This document shows positions 1-12,727 of a stretch of DNA of 64,000 bases, piece by piece. The position numbers and the translations under genes were made by a program. Location: positions 126,482,001 through 126,546,000 of the forward strand of contig CM059431.1 in assembly GCA_030390025.1 (NCBI GenBank), given 5' to 3'. Below the pieces are notes generated by a model. It was given only the letters and a program-made list of their open reading frames with translations. It was not told where the DNA came from and made no database searches. The first letter of the stretch is position 1, and each line of letters opens with the position of its first letter. The stretch is from Squalus acanthias. Its lineage: Eukaryota.

Positions 1-93
1 CTCCCAACCTGCCTCCAACTAATCTTCCCGGGAGTCTGGTCCCCAATTTGCGCAGGGACCTGACTCCTAGTGGCAGGAAGAGGATAATAGCCA

Positions 94-132
94 CTTAACT
101 GCCTGTTAACAGGTAGTTAACAGGCAGTTAAG
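94..132. repeat. Perfect 17-bp inverted repeat with 5-nt spacer, probably inside an old Harbinger-type MITE
   Basis: cttaactgcctgttaac-aggta-gttaacaggcagttaag read directly. Confidence 0.8.
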
Positions 133-389
133 AGGCTTTTTCCAATTTTTAAACTTCTGCTGCGGGCTACCCGACGTCGGGGAACCCCGCCAGGGTAAGT
201 GAGGTGTGCTGTGGGTCTGTTGTACTGTTGGTGTACAGATGACTCCTGCAGAAGTGGTGTGAAGGATGTAGTGGGACACTGGTGAGTATCAGAGGTAAGG
301 AAATGTTGGGAAAGTCATTTTTAATGTGTTTAGATTTTTCTGTAGTTGACAAGCTTTGAAGTGTTTGTGTGACCTCAACTCAATGGGAG

Positions 390-545
390 AAGTGACAGAT
401 TGCTTCTGTACCCTCACCTGCAGCTGCCATCTGTTTCATCCTAAGGAGAGAGTCATTGGACAGCCTGAGTGCAAGGGCTCACCTTTGTACAGTGATTGTC
501 AGTGTTTGACAGCACCTCAATGCTGTCAAACACTGTCAAATCATC
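390..545 (-). pseudogene. Degenerate start of a Harbinger Myb/SANT-like gene
   Basis: Minus strand ...cttgcactcaggctgtccaatgactctctcc (RLSNDSL) parallels APRLSHDSL in ORF 38276..38551, and the flanking ttgtcagtgtttg-cagcacctcaatgctgt is shared with 38401-38430. Confidence 0.5.
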
Positions 546-1195
546 TGTCAAAAATTTATGGAATTCTTGTATCTGATTCACACTATAGAAGTGTATCTGA
601 TGCTGTGATTGCTGCCAAGGCACTTCCACAATATAAAAAAGTCTGTGCACATATTTTTGGAGGCACAGGGCTCGATTTTGCCAGGCTCGAGGAGGTGGTT
701 TGGGAGGTGTGTGAGGTGTTAAAATCGTAAAAAATGGCGTGTGGGCCCTATCCCACCTCCGAGCAATTTTCCCAGAATCAGGGTTTCAGACCCCGCTTCC
801 ATCCCGCCTCCAAGAGGTGGGATAGGCCCTTAAGGCCCTTAAGGCCCTTAACAACCACACAATTGCTTCTATAATCCAATTTTGAGAGGCCTTTCTGATT
901 TTTAGACATTTCCCGCATCCTACACGTCTCCTCTGGAACACGCCAGGTAATCCTGGCGGCCTAACAAGTGGAGTGCTTAGTAACAGCTGCAGCTCCACCA
1001 TTAAAAAGGAGTTTCCAGCAATCATCATTTGCAGGTGGCAGAACTTTGTTGTCTCAGGTCTGGGGGAACTTTTAGCAGGCCTTCTCATTGTTGTGGAAGT
1101 TTGGAGCCTGAGACCCATCTCCAGTGTGACCTCCTGGGAAACCCCTCTCCCCACCTTGACTGAACGCTTCCTCAATTCAGGTATATAACAGAAGC

Positions 1196-1422
1196 ATGGG
1201 AACCATTTATTTCCTTTCCTCCTGGTCATCAGATTCAGACGAAGACCAGCCGCGGCAGCAGCAGAACCCTGAACAAAAGCAGCAGCAACAGCAGCAGCAA
1301 CAACAGGAGCGCCAAGCTGCTGCTCACTCACCTGAAACTGCATAGGCCAGAAGGCGCCAGAGCGCGACCACATTGCTGCCCGGGATGCAAGGGATGCACT
1401 CATGTTGGCCAGATTTGCTTAG
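1196..1422 (+). pseudogene. Harbinger transposase remnant (N-terminus fused to extreme C-terminus)
   Basis: MGTIYFLSSWSSDSDEDQPRQQQ... then, out of frame, HIAARDARDALMLARFA*, matching the ARAVRHRLIASRF* end of the intact transposase at 52619; DDE core absent. Confidence 0.7.
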
Positions 1423-1679
1423 CCTGCACAATCAAACACTTTTGTCTCACACCTTCTTACCAGAGCATCGACAATGGACAAGAACCTGTGATTCCTATCA
1501 CTCTGACCACCATGCTGACAATTGCAAGTCGCCCTAAGCCATCAATGTGGAAGTCCCATTTGCAAAATGACACAGGCCACAACTTCAACAGTTTGCCATC
1601 AAATCTGTTTATGATACCATGACAAGGATGGCTGGTCCAAATACACTATATCACAGTACCCAAGTGACTACCCTTGTGG

Positions 1680-3650
1680 CTACTTGTGCATTATCTTCCT
1701 CTTACGCGTGCTCCTACGTGGTGCTTCCCCTGTGGCTTCAGCAGATGTGGAGGCCCCTTGCTTACTTTCTTGCTGCTCCTGTCTCAATGCCTTTGGCGGG
1801 CATCCTCTGGGGTTGCGAACCTGTGAGGACTCGGCAACAATCTGCTGCTCCTGCAGCTGTGCAGGGGCTGAGAGCCCATCTCAGTTGGGTGAGGACTCTG
1901 GTGGGGCTCTGATCGAGGGCTTTCCAGTGGCATGGCCATGTGAGCACTTGGAGAAGAGCCCCCACTTCCTTGTAGTCTGCCACCAACATCCCTCTCATGG
2001 GTCAGTCCCACTTCAGAACTAGCAAGTGGCTTGTCAGCAGCTTGCTGCACTTCAGGGGGGCCATGAGGACCCGTTTCTGCACTGGAAGTCCTACTCCAGA
2101 GGACTTCCATGAAGGTCTGGTTTCTATGCTCAATAGCTGACCATCGCTCCTCAAGAGATGTCAGTCTGTTCTGAACAATGACCATGTTTTCAAGAACCTG
2201 GCGACTAATCACCTCCATGGCCGTAGCCATCATCTCCTCTACCATAGCCATCCTCTCCTCTATGGTAGCCAGCCTTACCATGGAGTTAGCCATCCTTTCC
2301 ACGGAGGTTGCCATCCTTTTCGTGGTGAAGCGTTCATGCGCCAATGCCTCCACAAAGGCTTTGCTCATGTTCGCGGTGGACTCTTCCATTCGCTCTACAC
2401 TCGCAGCGACCCTGGAGACAAAACCTGCCAGAGACTCCTGCACCTGTTCCTGGAGTTCCAGCACCGCTCTCCTTCTGGATGGACCCAGAGGCACAGGGTC
2501 AACATGCAGCTGAGCCGAGCTGGCAGAGTCCTGCGCCCTCCGACGAGGACTCTCCACTGCTGTCCCTGTCTCCACCACTGCTGATGCTTACTTGTGAGCT
2601 GTGATACACCAAGTGCCAACACTACTCTATCTCGCGAAGGTCCCACCGAGGTGTGAGTGTCTGCACTGGTGCTGGGTGCACTGAATTCTGCTGACGCTGT
2701 GCCTTCAGAGGTTGCAGCTTCCTCTGAGGAGTCCGGAAGCTCAGGCTCTTCCTCCTGGACAGTGGGGACGGGGGCATTCGATGGTCCTCTGGGGGAGTAA
2801 AGGAAAGAGTTAGAGATGTGAGGATAAGGTTACATGCACATTGAATAGTGCAGATGATTATAAATCAATTTGTTAGAGCATCAGATTCATTACCAGTAAC
2901 TCATGCAATGTCAATGAGAGAGATGCCAATCTATTCTGTCACCAGCTTGCTGTGATGCGCTACTTGGGAATCCTCCTTGATCCTGACGATTTCCATGGCC
3001 GCCTCCTCCCAAGCGGTGAGCTGAGCTACTGAGGGTAGCCCTCCTCCTGTCATGGCTCTTTCCCTCTTATTGTGGGCTCTCTTTTCCTGCAATGAGGGAC
3101 ACAAGTGGAGTTTAAGTGAGAATGAAGGAGTGAGTGTAGAGAATGCATAGCATAGATGCTTAGAAGGAGACAAAGGGTCCTCTCTGTGTGTTGTAAGTTG
3201 TTCTTGTTGTTGCATCACAGTGATAGGGAGTGTGAGGGCTACATGGCTGAATAGTTAAGTGAATGTGACCATAGAGAGAGAGAGGCAATGGGTACGGGTG
3301 CAGGGATGTAAATGTCAAGTGGGATGAGGAGGAAGAGGTTAGCAAAGCAGAGTGCTGGTGAGGAGAGGCGATGAGGATCAGATTGAAGGAGATGGGAACG
3401 TCATACTCACTTTTCTTGTGCGGAGAAGGTCATGAAACCTCTTCCTGCATTGCAGCCAGGTTCTGCAGCTCATCGATATGGAGTTGACCTCCTGGGCCAC
3501 TTACAGCCACACAGCTTTAGTCTGCTGGGGTGGCTTTTTTCTCTCTGAGGAAGGGAAGAGCACCTCCTTATTCGATCTTGCTCCCTCCACCAGAGCTTGG
3601 AGGGAGGGCTCATCGAAGCGTGGAGCACACTTTTGTCTGCTGGTTGACAT
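1680..3650 (-). pseudogene. Three-exon Harbinger Myb/SANT-like (trihelix) DNA-binding protein, disrupted
   Basis: Exon 1 3650-3411 (MSTSRQKCAPRFDEPSL...QCRKRFHDL) has an in-frame TAA; exon 2 RAHNKRERAMTGGG; exon 3 includes ORF 1784..2578 with ERMA heptads. Confidence 0.8.
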
Positions 3651-3994
3651 AGTCGATCAATGAATTCCTTACTACAATCACCATAAAGTTTGCAGTCTCC
3701 AGAAGAAGCAAGGCTGCTTGCAGGCCTTAAATCCAGCAGCATTGATGACGTCATCGGAGGTGACTTTCTGTGTGAAAAGACTCATTGACCAGGGGTTCCC
3801 ACACGCTGGAAATGTATTGCCCAATTAAGGGAAAATCCCACTTTTTCCCCACTTCACTTCGGAGTCGGGGTCCTGACACGAATGCCACCTAACACGCCCC
3901 AGCCCGTTCACACTGGCAAAATCGAGCCCATAGAGTTGCAATTTAGGAGATTCTTCCACTCTTTGCCACTGGTGGCAAGAGGCCACCTCTGGCA

Positions 3995-4049
3995 AATACA
4001 AATGCAACTGTACTGCTGGCAAATGCAAATGCAAATGCAAATGCAAATG
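3995..4049. repeat. Short (ATGCAA)n hexamer microsatellite
   Basis: gcaaatgcaaatgcaaatgcaaatgcaaatg. Confidence 0.8.
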
Positions 4050-4404
4050 GCTACCTTGGTGCTCATGGACCTCCATTTGTTCAGTTGTTACGTTGAAAAG
4101 TAAGTCCACCCATTCAAGTGACCAATGCAATTTTGCACCATACAGGTTTTCCCCATTCATGTTTCTAAATTGCTATTTTAAACAACTATGCATATACAAT
4201 CATGCACATGGGCTTGTGTTACTTGTGTTTTAAATTCTGCCCTGCAGTGGAAATCGGGTGAATTTAGCTACTGGGAGCGAGCACCTGTTACACAACCACT
4301 TCAAATAAAAAAAAATCTTGCTTTAATGTAACTCACAGAAATATCACATACAATGGATTACTTTGAACTGCAGAGATTGTTGTTATACAGACAAAAGGTG
4401 GCAG

Positions 4405-5090
4405 TCATTTTGAACAGCATGCAAGGCAATGTGTGTGCAGTTAATGGCACCTTGCACAATGGGAAAGGCTGCCATGCAGGCAAACCTTGTGCTCTCTTGT
4501 CCTGTTTCTCTCTGTCATTGGGGTAGGAGATGTAAGGGTTTCTCATTGTGTATGGAGCCTTGGTGACCTCCCTGATACATCGGTGTACTGCGACCTGAGA
4601 GATGTTGCTAACATCACCTGTTGCAACCCAAAAGGAACCCGTGGCATAAAAGTTGAGAGCGACAATGACCTTGACAGCCACAGGCAGTGCTGCCCATGCA
4701 GCAACTGACATAGCTCAGTAACAACCTCTTTGGTAAAGTGAAGGCGTCTCATACATTGCTCCTCACTGAAGTTGAGGTAGGTGAAGTGCTCCCTGAAGAT
4801 CCTCTGTGGATATGGCCTTTTGCTGAGAGCCCTCCTCCTCCTTCTTCTGGCAACGTGTCCTGCTCTGTGTGGGCTTCCAGTCATGCTCTATTCACAGAGG
4901 CAGCCAGATAATTTGTGAAGGAGACAACAACACCAAGAGTGCAAAAGCAGCCAGACCTCTCTCTGTGCAGACAAATTGAACTTTGACCAATATTAGAACT
5001 CGGCAAAAAACGCCTAGAAGTCAAATAGCAGCCAAAAGTAGTAAACCAGCAATTTACCTGTAAATCCTGCATGATCCCTTTAAATACAGG
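4405..5090 (-). pseudogene. Harbinger transposase 5' fragment
   Basis: RRRRRALSKRPYPQRIFREHFTYLNFSEEQCMRRLHFTKEVVTELCQLL and LPVAVKVIVALNFYATGSF match the intact transposase at 52619..53779. Confidence 0.9.
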
Positions 5091-6428
5091 GTTAATTCAA
5101 AATCTTATAGTAAAGGATCCTCTGAGGAAAAGTGATCATAATATCATAGAATTTCATATTAAATTTGAGAGTGCTATCGTTAAGTCTGCAACTAGGGTCG
5201 TAAATTTAAAGAAAGGTAATTATAGAGGTATGAGGGGTGAGTTGGCTGAGGTAGATTGGGAAATTAGATTAAAAGATATGACAGTAGATAAGCATTAGCA
5301 AACATTAAAAAAAATAATTCATAATTCTCAACAAATATACATTCCCTTGAGGAATAACAAGTCCACTGGAAAAGTGGCACAGCCATGGCTAACTAGAGAA
5401 GTTAAGGATAGTATTAGATTAAAAGAAGAGGCTTACAATGTTACCAAAAAGACTAGTGAGCCTGAGGATTGGGAGGGTTGTAAAAATCAGAAAAGGATGA
5501 CCATGAAATCCATAAAGAAAGAAAAAATAGAATGAGAGTAAACTAGCAAGAAATATTAAAACAGGTTGTAAGAGATTTTACAAGTACGTAAATAGGAAGA
5601 GATTAGTGAAAGTAAACGTGGGTCCCTTAGAGGCAGAGACAGAAGAAATTATAATGGGGAATAAGGAACTGGCAGTGACGTTAAACAAGTATTTTGTGTC
5701 TGTCTTCACAGTAGAAGACACAAAGAACATACTGAAAATTCTGGGGAGGAATTTAAAGTAATTAATATTAGTAAAGAAAATGTACTGGAGAAATTAGTGG
5801 AGCTAAAAGCCAACAAATCTCCTGGACCTGATGGTCTACACCCAAGGGTTTTAAAAGAGGTGGCTGCAAAGATAGTGAATGCATTGGTTTTTATCTTACA
5901 GAATTCCCTAGGTTCTAGAAGCGTCCCCATGGATTGGAAGGTAGCAAATGTAACCCTGCTGTTAAGAAAGGAGAGAGAACAAAGGGAACTATAGGCCAGT
6001 TAGCCTGACATCATTAGTAGGGAAAATGCTGGAATCTATTATTAAGGACATGGCAATGGGAAACTTGGAATATAACAATATGATTAGACAGAGTCACCAG
6101 AGTTTTATAAAAAGGGTACTCATGTTTGACAAATCTATTAGAGTTTTTTGATGGTGTAACTAGCAGGGTAGATAAGGAGGAACCAGTGGATGTAGTATAT
6201 TTGGATTTTCAGAAGGCAATCGATAAAATGTTGTTACACAAGATTCGGGCTCACGGGATTGGAGGTAATATATTAGCATGGATTGAGGGTTGGTTAACAG
6301 ACAGAAAACAGAGTAGGAATAAACAGGTCATTTTTAGGATGGCAGGGTGTAACTTGTGGGGTGCCCCAAGGATCAGTGCTTGTGACTCAGCTATTTACAA
6401 TCTATATCAATGATTTAGATGAGGGGAT
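5091..6428 (+). mobile_element. CR1 LINE ORF2 fragment (end of endonuclease to RT)
   Basis: KSDHNIIEF, KSPGPDGLHPRVLKE, LTNLLEFF, VDVVYLDFQKA motifs with frameshifts. Confidence 0.92.
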
Positions 6429-6522
6429 AGCAAAATACTGCAGATGCTGGAAATCCGAAATAACAAAAGAAAACGCTGGAAAAACTCAGCAGGCGAGGCA
6501 GCATCCGTGGAGAGAGAAACAG

Positions 6523-6558
6523 AGTTAACGTTTCAGGTCGAGACCTTTCGTCAGAACT
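6523..6558 (-). ncRNA. Minimal type I hammerhead ribozyme
   Basis: Minus strand AGUU-CUGACGA-A-AGGUCUCGACCU-GAAAC-GUU-AACU: CUGANGA and GAAA cores, stem II AGGU/ACCU, stem I AGUU/AACU, palindromic stem III; lies in a PLE 3' region. Confidence 0.8.
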
Positions 6559-6838
6559 GGAAACAGCAGGAAATCAAATAGATTTAAGGCAAGGATAAAG
6601 CTGGGAAAAGGGGGAGGGGATGAAAGAACAAAAGGAGAGATTAAGAGACATTAAGAGACATTAAGAGATATTCAAGGCAAGAGATGGTGTTAATGTGACA
6701 GGTTAAGGCTAAAAGAAGTGTGAAATGCACTGGCAGAATGAAGTACAGCTGCCAGCTTCTAGGAGGGGAAAAAAAAGGGGGGGAGGCAAACAAAAGGGTG
6801 GATGAAAAAATAAAATATAAATGTGATAGGGGCTGAGG

Positions 6839-7168
6839 TTATGATCTAAAATTGTTGAACTCGATATTGAGTCCAAAGGGCTGTAGCGTGCCTAAACGAA
6901 AGATGAGGTGCTGTTCCTCGAGCTTACGCTGCGCTTCTGTGGAACAGTGTAATAGGCCAAGGACGGTGAGGTCAGAGCGGGAGTGAAGCGGTGAATTAAA
7001 GTGACAGGCGACCGGGAGCTCGGGGTCCCCCTTACGGACTGAACGGAGGTGTTCCGCAAAGCGGTCACCCAATCTGCGTTTGGTCTCCCCAATGTAGAGG
7101 AGACCACATCGTGAGCAGCGAATACAGTATACTAAATTGCAGGAAGTACAAGTAAATTGCTGTTTCAC
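6839..7168 (-). CDS. GIY-YIG endonuclease domain of Penelope-like element (5'-truncated)
   Basis: ORF 6839..7168 with VY...YIG, R, E and GLN motifs. Confidence 0.85.
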   Translation of the reverse strand: MKQQFTCTSCNLVYCIRCSRCGLLYIGETKRRLGDRFAEHLRSVRKGDPELPVACHFNSPLHSRSDLTVLGLLHCSTEAQRKLEEQHLIFRLGTLQPFGLNIEFNNFRS

Positions 7169-7427
7169 CTGGAAGGGGTGTTTGGGGCCCTGGACAGTGG
7201 GAAGAGGGGAGGTAAAAGGGCATGTGTTGCATCTCCTGCGCTTGCACGGGAAGGCGCCGGGCGAAGGGGAAGGGGTGCTGGAGGTGGTAGAGGAGTGGAC
7301 TAGGGTGTCGCGGAGGGAGCGGTCCCTGCGGAATGCTGAAAGGGGAGGTGAGGGGAAGATGCGTTTGGTGGTGGGATCACGCTGGAGGTGGCGGAAATGG
7401 CAGAGGATGATCCATTGAATGAGGAGT

Positions 7428-8203
7428 CTGATTGGAGCGCTAAATCAGGCGCTTCACACCTGTCTTAAGGCGCAAAGGCCGAGGAGCGAGGCGCTAACTC
7501 AGAGCGCTGGCGAAGCTCATATAATGTCAGTCAGCAATGGAACACACACACAATGGCACGGGCCACTTCTTAAAGGGGATGGTTAATCTTGCTTTCCATC
7601 CACATCCTGTTCATTGCAGCCTTGAATCTCGGCCTGGAGAGACTTGCACATCAAATGTGCTTGAAAGAACAATGGAGAGTACCAGGCAAAGAGCTCAGAG
7701 TGCAGCCCCCACAGTCTCTGCTAAATCGATACAAGGAATGGCAAATCAAAATGAACCTGCAAAGTGCTGCTCAGTACCCAAAACTCCTTCACACAACGTT
7801 GAATCTCTCCAGAAGTCTCTCCCTCTCTCTCTCAGAATGCGTAGTTCAAAAATGGCACCAACAATAAAAGGCAGGAAGCGGTCACCTTTAAATAGCGCTC
7901 CCCCTTTCCCTTCATGACTGCAGTATGCTCCCCTCAACCTGTCGTTGCTAGCGTCAGGCGGTAAGGCAGGGGGCGCCACTCAATATCCGCTCCGGGGCGA
8001 TACCGGGGCGTTGCACACTCGACTGACGTCATGATCTGCCGGCGCAGGAGATCGTGGCGGTAGTGTTTAGCGCCGCCGCAAAATGTCTAGTTAATTTCAT
8101 GAGCGGCGCAAACTTCGCCGCGCCTGGGCGCTAGATGCTTTGCGCCCCATTAGCGCCCACTTAAGGCACTAACGGGAGGCGCAACCAACTGAATTTTTCC
8201 CCC
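7428..8203 (+). mobile_element. Harbinger deletion-derivative MITE, left end truncated
   Basis: Ends gaatttttccccc; collinear with 17888..18774 including the same internal junction gagctcag|agtgcagccc. Confidence 0.88.
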
Positions 8204-8630
8204 AGGATGTCTTGCTACAATTATATAGGGCTTTAGCAAGACCATACTTGGAGTACTGTGTACAGTTTTGGTCTCCTTATCTAAGGAAGGATACACTTGC
8301 CTTAGAGGAGCTGAAAAAAAGTTAACTAGATTGATTCTTGGGATGAGACGGCTGTCCTATGAGGAGAGATTGAGCAGAATGGGTCTATATTCTCTGGAGT
8401 TTAGTAGAATGAGACATGATCTCATTGAAATGTATAAAATTCTTAGAGGGCTTCATAGAGTAGATGCTGAGAGGCTGTTTCCCCTGGCTGGAGTGTCTAG
8501 AACTAGGGCTCTTGGTCTCAAGATAAGGGGTCGGCCATTTAGGACTGAGATGAGGAGAAATTTCTTCACTCAGAGGTTTGTGAATCTTTGGAATTCTCTA
8601 CCCCAGAGTGCTGTGGATTCTCAGTCGATG
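8204..8630 (+). mobile_element. CR1 LINE 3' ORF2 fragment (probably the continuation of 5091..6428)
   Basis: [17 protein letters not shown]...RRNFFTQRFVNLWNSLP. Confidence 0.9.
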
Positions 8631-8654
8631 AGTATATTACATTACACAGGACAT

Positions 8655-11600
8655 TGGAGATACAGCACAGAAACAGACCATTTGGCCCAACCAGTCCATG
8701 CCGGTGTTTATGTTCCACTCGAGACTCCTCCCGACTTTCCTCATCTAACTCTATCAGCATAACTCTTTATTTACTCTCCCTCATATGCTTATCTAGCTTC
8801 TCCTTAAATGCATCTATATTATTCGCTGCAACCACTCGCTGTGGAAGCGAGTTCCACATTCTCACCACTCTCTGGGTAAAGAATATTCCCTATTTGATTT
8901 CTTGGTGACTATCTTATATTGATGGCCTCTAGTTTTACTCTTCCCCACAAGTGGAAACATGCTCTCTGTATCTACTCTATCAAAACCTTTCATAATTTTA
9001 AAGGCTTCTATTAGTTCACCTTTCAGCCTTCTCTTTTCAAGAGAAAAGAGCCTCAACCTGTTCATCTTTTCCTGATAGGTATACCCTCGCATTTCTGGTA
9101 TCATCCTTGTAAATCTTTTTTGCACCCTCTCCAGTGCCTCTATATCCTTTTTATAATATGCCGACCAGAATTGTCCGTAGTACTCTAAGTGTGGTCTAGC
9201 CAAGGTTCGATACAAGTTTAGCACAACTTCACTACTTTTCAATTCGCTCGCTCTAGAAATAAACCCTAGTGTTTGGTTTCCTTTTTTCATGGCCTTGTTA
9301 ACCTGTGTTGCTACTTTCAGTAATTTGTGTATTTGTACTCCGAGATCCCTTTGCTCTTCCAGCCCACTTAGATTCATATTTTCCAAGTAATATGTGACCT
9401 CCCTATTTTTCTTACCAAAATATACTACCTCACATTTATCTGTGTTGAATTTCATTTGCCAATTATATGCCCATTCTTCAAGTTTATTAATGTCTTCTTG
9501 TAATTTGTTACAGTCCTCCTCAATTTGGTGTCATCTGCAAATTTAGAAATTGTGTTTTTGATTCCTAAGTCTAAATCATTAATATAAATTGTGAACAGTG
9601 GTCCCAGCACTGGTCCTTGTGGAATATCACTTCCCACCTTCTGCCACTCTGAATAGCTACTGTTTACCTCTACTCTCTGCTTTCTGTCTTGAAGCCGGCC
9701 AGTTATCCATTCTGCTACATGTCCCCTGACTCCACATGCTCTGACCTTATTCATTAGTCTATTATGTGGTACCTTACCGAAGGCCTTTTTAAAATCTAGA
9801 TAAATTACATCTATTGCATTACCCTTGTCTACTAACTCTGTTACCTCTTCAAAAAATTCAATGAGGTTGGTCAAGCAAGAATTTCCCTTTGGAAATCCAT
9901 GCTGACTACTCGTTATTATATTTTTGGTTTCTAGGTGTTCTTCTATTTTCTCCTGTAGTAGGGATTCCTTTATTTTCCCTACCACCGTTGTTAAGCTGAC
10001 TGGTCTATAATTCCCTAGACATGCTCTATCTCACTTCTTAAATATAGGTATTATGTTAGCTATCCGCCAGTCCTCTAGCACTATACCTTGTTCTAACACA
10101 GTATTAAGTATGTGTAGTAATCCATACAGACAGGGGTTTTATCCTCTTTCAGTGTGATTAGTTTTTTTAATGTTTCTCCTCTTTTTATTTTAAATGCAGT
10201 TATTTCATTTCTAATCTCATCATCCACTGTCATGTCCACCTGTTCTGCCTCCCTGGTAAATACTGAAGCAAAGTAATTATTTAATATTTCTGCCATCTCT
10301 CTAATGATGCCTGATATTATCCTGTCCATCCCTTAGTGATCCTATTCCCATCCTGACTTTCCTTTTTTTATTTATGTGCCTGTAAAATATTTTACTATTT
10401 TGTTTTATGTTCATTGTTAATTTAATTTCATAGTTCCTCTTTGCCTTCCTAATTGTTTTTTTGACTTCTGTCCTAATCTCTTCATATTCTCTCTTGTCAT
10501 GCTCTCCCCTGCTATCCATCTACTTAGTGTATGCCTCTTTCCTTACCCTCAACTTTTCCCTTATGTCTTTATTCATCCATGGTGTGTTATTAGTTTTTAA
10601 CTTGTTCTTGTTATTTAGCGGAATATATTTTTCCCGGACTCTGTTGAACACCATTTTGAATATTTCCCACTGCTGTTCTACATCATTGTTTGCCAATATT
10701 GTTGTCCATTTTATTTTCCCAAGTTCCATTCTCAGCCCCGCAAAAATGACTTTTCTCCAATCTATTACTCTGGTCTTCGTCATACTTATGTCCTTCTCAA
10801 TTATTATCTTAAAGCGTATTATATGATGGTCACTATTGTTTAGATGTTCCCCTACTTTTACGCCTTTTATCTGCTCTGGTTCATTCCCAATTACTAGATC
10901 TAATAGCAAATCCTCCCTTGTAGGGCTTCTTACATACTGGGTTAGAAAGGAGTCCTGAACACATTGTAGGAACTCTATTCCCTTATCCCATTTACTAACC
11001 TCTTCTGGCAAATTAATATTGGGGTAGTTGAAATCCCCTATGATTATTATTCTATGTTTTTTACTCATTTCCCTAATTTGTCTGCATATTTCTTCCTCCA
11101 CCTCCCTTTCACTATTAGGAGGTCTGTAGACTACACCTATTAGTGTGATTGATCCTTTATTATCTTTTATCTCTATCCACATGGATTCTATTTCTGTCTT
11201 GCTGATAGCTACATCACTTTTTTCTACTGCAATTATGTTATCCCTAATAAGTACAGCTACTCCACATCCCCTTTTTCCCTCTTTATCTTTTCTAAATATG
11301 TTATAGCATGCAATGTTTAATTCCCAGTCCTGATTTTTTGACATCCGTGTCTCAGTAATCCCTACTATGCCTGGATCCTCGCTACGTATTATTGCCTCCA
11401 GTTCCCCTGTTTTATTATGGACACTGTGTACATTGCTGTACAGACAGTTTAACTCATTTTTAATAGCAGTTCCTCTCACTTTATTGTTAACCATCTTTTT
11501 ACACTCCTGCTTTATAACTCTATTTATTCCCTAGCCATCAATGTCCTCCCTTACTTTATTCTTTCCAATGCTCTCCTTTCCTGCTTTGTTTATATTTAGG

Positions 11601-12720
11601 CTGGATTTATTTCTTGTAGATCCCTCCCCCTGTCTTACTAGTTTAAAGCCTTTGCCACCTCCCTATATACCCTTTCCGCTAGGACACAGGTCCCATTCCA
11701 GTTCAATGGAGCCTGTCCCATTGGTACAGCTCCTTCCTGTCCCAGTACTGGTGCCAGTATCCCATGAAAAGGAACCCCTCTTTCACACACCAGCCCTTTA
11801 GCCACGTGTTATTTCTCCTGATCTGACTGTTTCTATGCCAATTTGCATGTGGCTTGGGCAATAATCCAGAGATTATTACCCTTGAGGTCATGCTTTTTAA
11901 TTTTGCTCCTAATTCCTGATACTTCCTCGGCAGGAGCTCCTCCCTGTTCCTACTTATGTTGTTTGTTCCAACATGGACCAGGATAGCTGGATTTACCCCC
12001 TTGGACAGCCTTCTGAGCCATGGTGCCTTGGTCTGCATTGTGGCTGTCCTCCCCGCAGTCTTTCTCCTTGTCCTCACAGGTATTGAATACATCATACATG
12101 TTGGATAGGACCAGTGTCTGTGGGACCTCTTTCTCAACCTCTGCTAAGTCCTCGCTACCCAGCTCCCGAACAGTCACACCCTCCCTTTCCTAAACCTGTG
12201 CTTTCCTCTAGGGTCTAGGGATAAAACTAGTCAGAAATTCCTCTCCCTCCCTTATGTGTCAGAGTGTCTCTATCTCGCACTCCAGCTCAATAACTCTGAG
12301 CTGGAGTGACTGAAGGCAGTGACATTTCCTGCAGATGTGGGAATCGGGGACAGTCTCGCTGTCCACAAACTCCCACATACTACAGTCCCGACGTTAAGGC
12401 TGTAATTTTGCCGGCACTCAGAGGGCAGGTTGGGAGGCGGGTCCGGAGTTAAAATCAAAATGATTGACGGCGGGTTGCGAACCCGCTGCCATCCTGCCTC
12501 TGCTGGGAAGATCCAGCCCTTAGCCTTCCCTGCCATCTCTAGTCTTTTTTATTTATTTGCTTATTGATAGCCTAAATTAATTTAATTAGTTAAAGTTTTT
12601 ATTCAAATGATTATTTATAGTTATATTAATTAATTTATCTAGTTAAGTTATTAATTTAATAAAGTATTAGTTATAGTTCCCCAGCTCTTATTTTAATCCA
12701 CTGCCTAGTTTAGAGAAAAA
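8655..12720 (-). mobile_element. Near full-length, decayed CR1 LINE (ORF1 zinc finger/esterase; ORF2 APE endonuclease and RT)
   Basis: ORF1 starts at about 12536 (MAGK...HICRKC) with esterase ILVHVGTNNI...D..H (11703..12137); endonuclease GITET, GVVYRPP, GDFNYP, SDH (10520..11494); RT YLDFKKAF, PQG, FADD; CR1 3' tail. Confidence 0.93.
12397..12519. mobile_element. 123-bp Harbinger-type mini-MITE inserted in CR1 ORF1
   Basis: Imperfect TIRs aggctgtaattttgcc / gggaagatccagccc, TTA on both sides, interrupts the CR1 ORF1 start. Confidence 0.7.
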
Positions 12721-12727
12721 AAATATT

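Larger units (their letters stand above)
668..3929 (-). mobile_element. Non-autonomous PIF/Harbinger element (Myb-like gene kept, transposase internally deleted), copy 1
   Basis: 17-bp TIRs gggctcgattttgccag / ctggcaaaatcgagccc; 3-bp flanks aca/ata; collinear inverted homolog at 14688..17807. Confidence 0.9.
6429..7427 (-). mobile_element. Penelope-like element 3' fragment (GIY-YIG endonuclease plus 3' UTR)
   Basis: FTCTSCNLVYCIRCSRCGLLYIGETKRRLGDRFAEH...HF...EEQHLIFRLGTLQPFGLN is the PLE GIY-YIG signature; hammerhead motif downstream. Confidence 0.92.

Noticed and set aside
786..1403. 205-aa ORF (and its homolog 17071..17472) as a third Harbinger gene
   Set aside because: Antisense to the CAG-rich transposase remnant, poly-Ala from CTG repeats, and broken by a stop in the second copy
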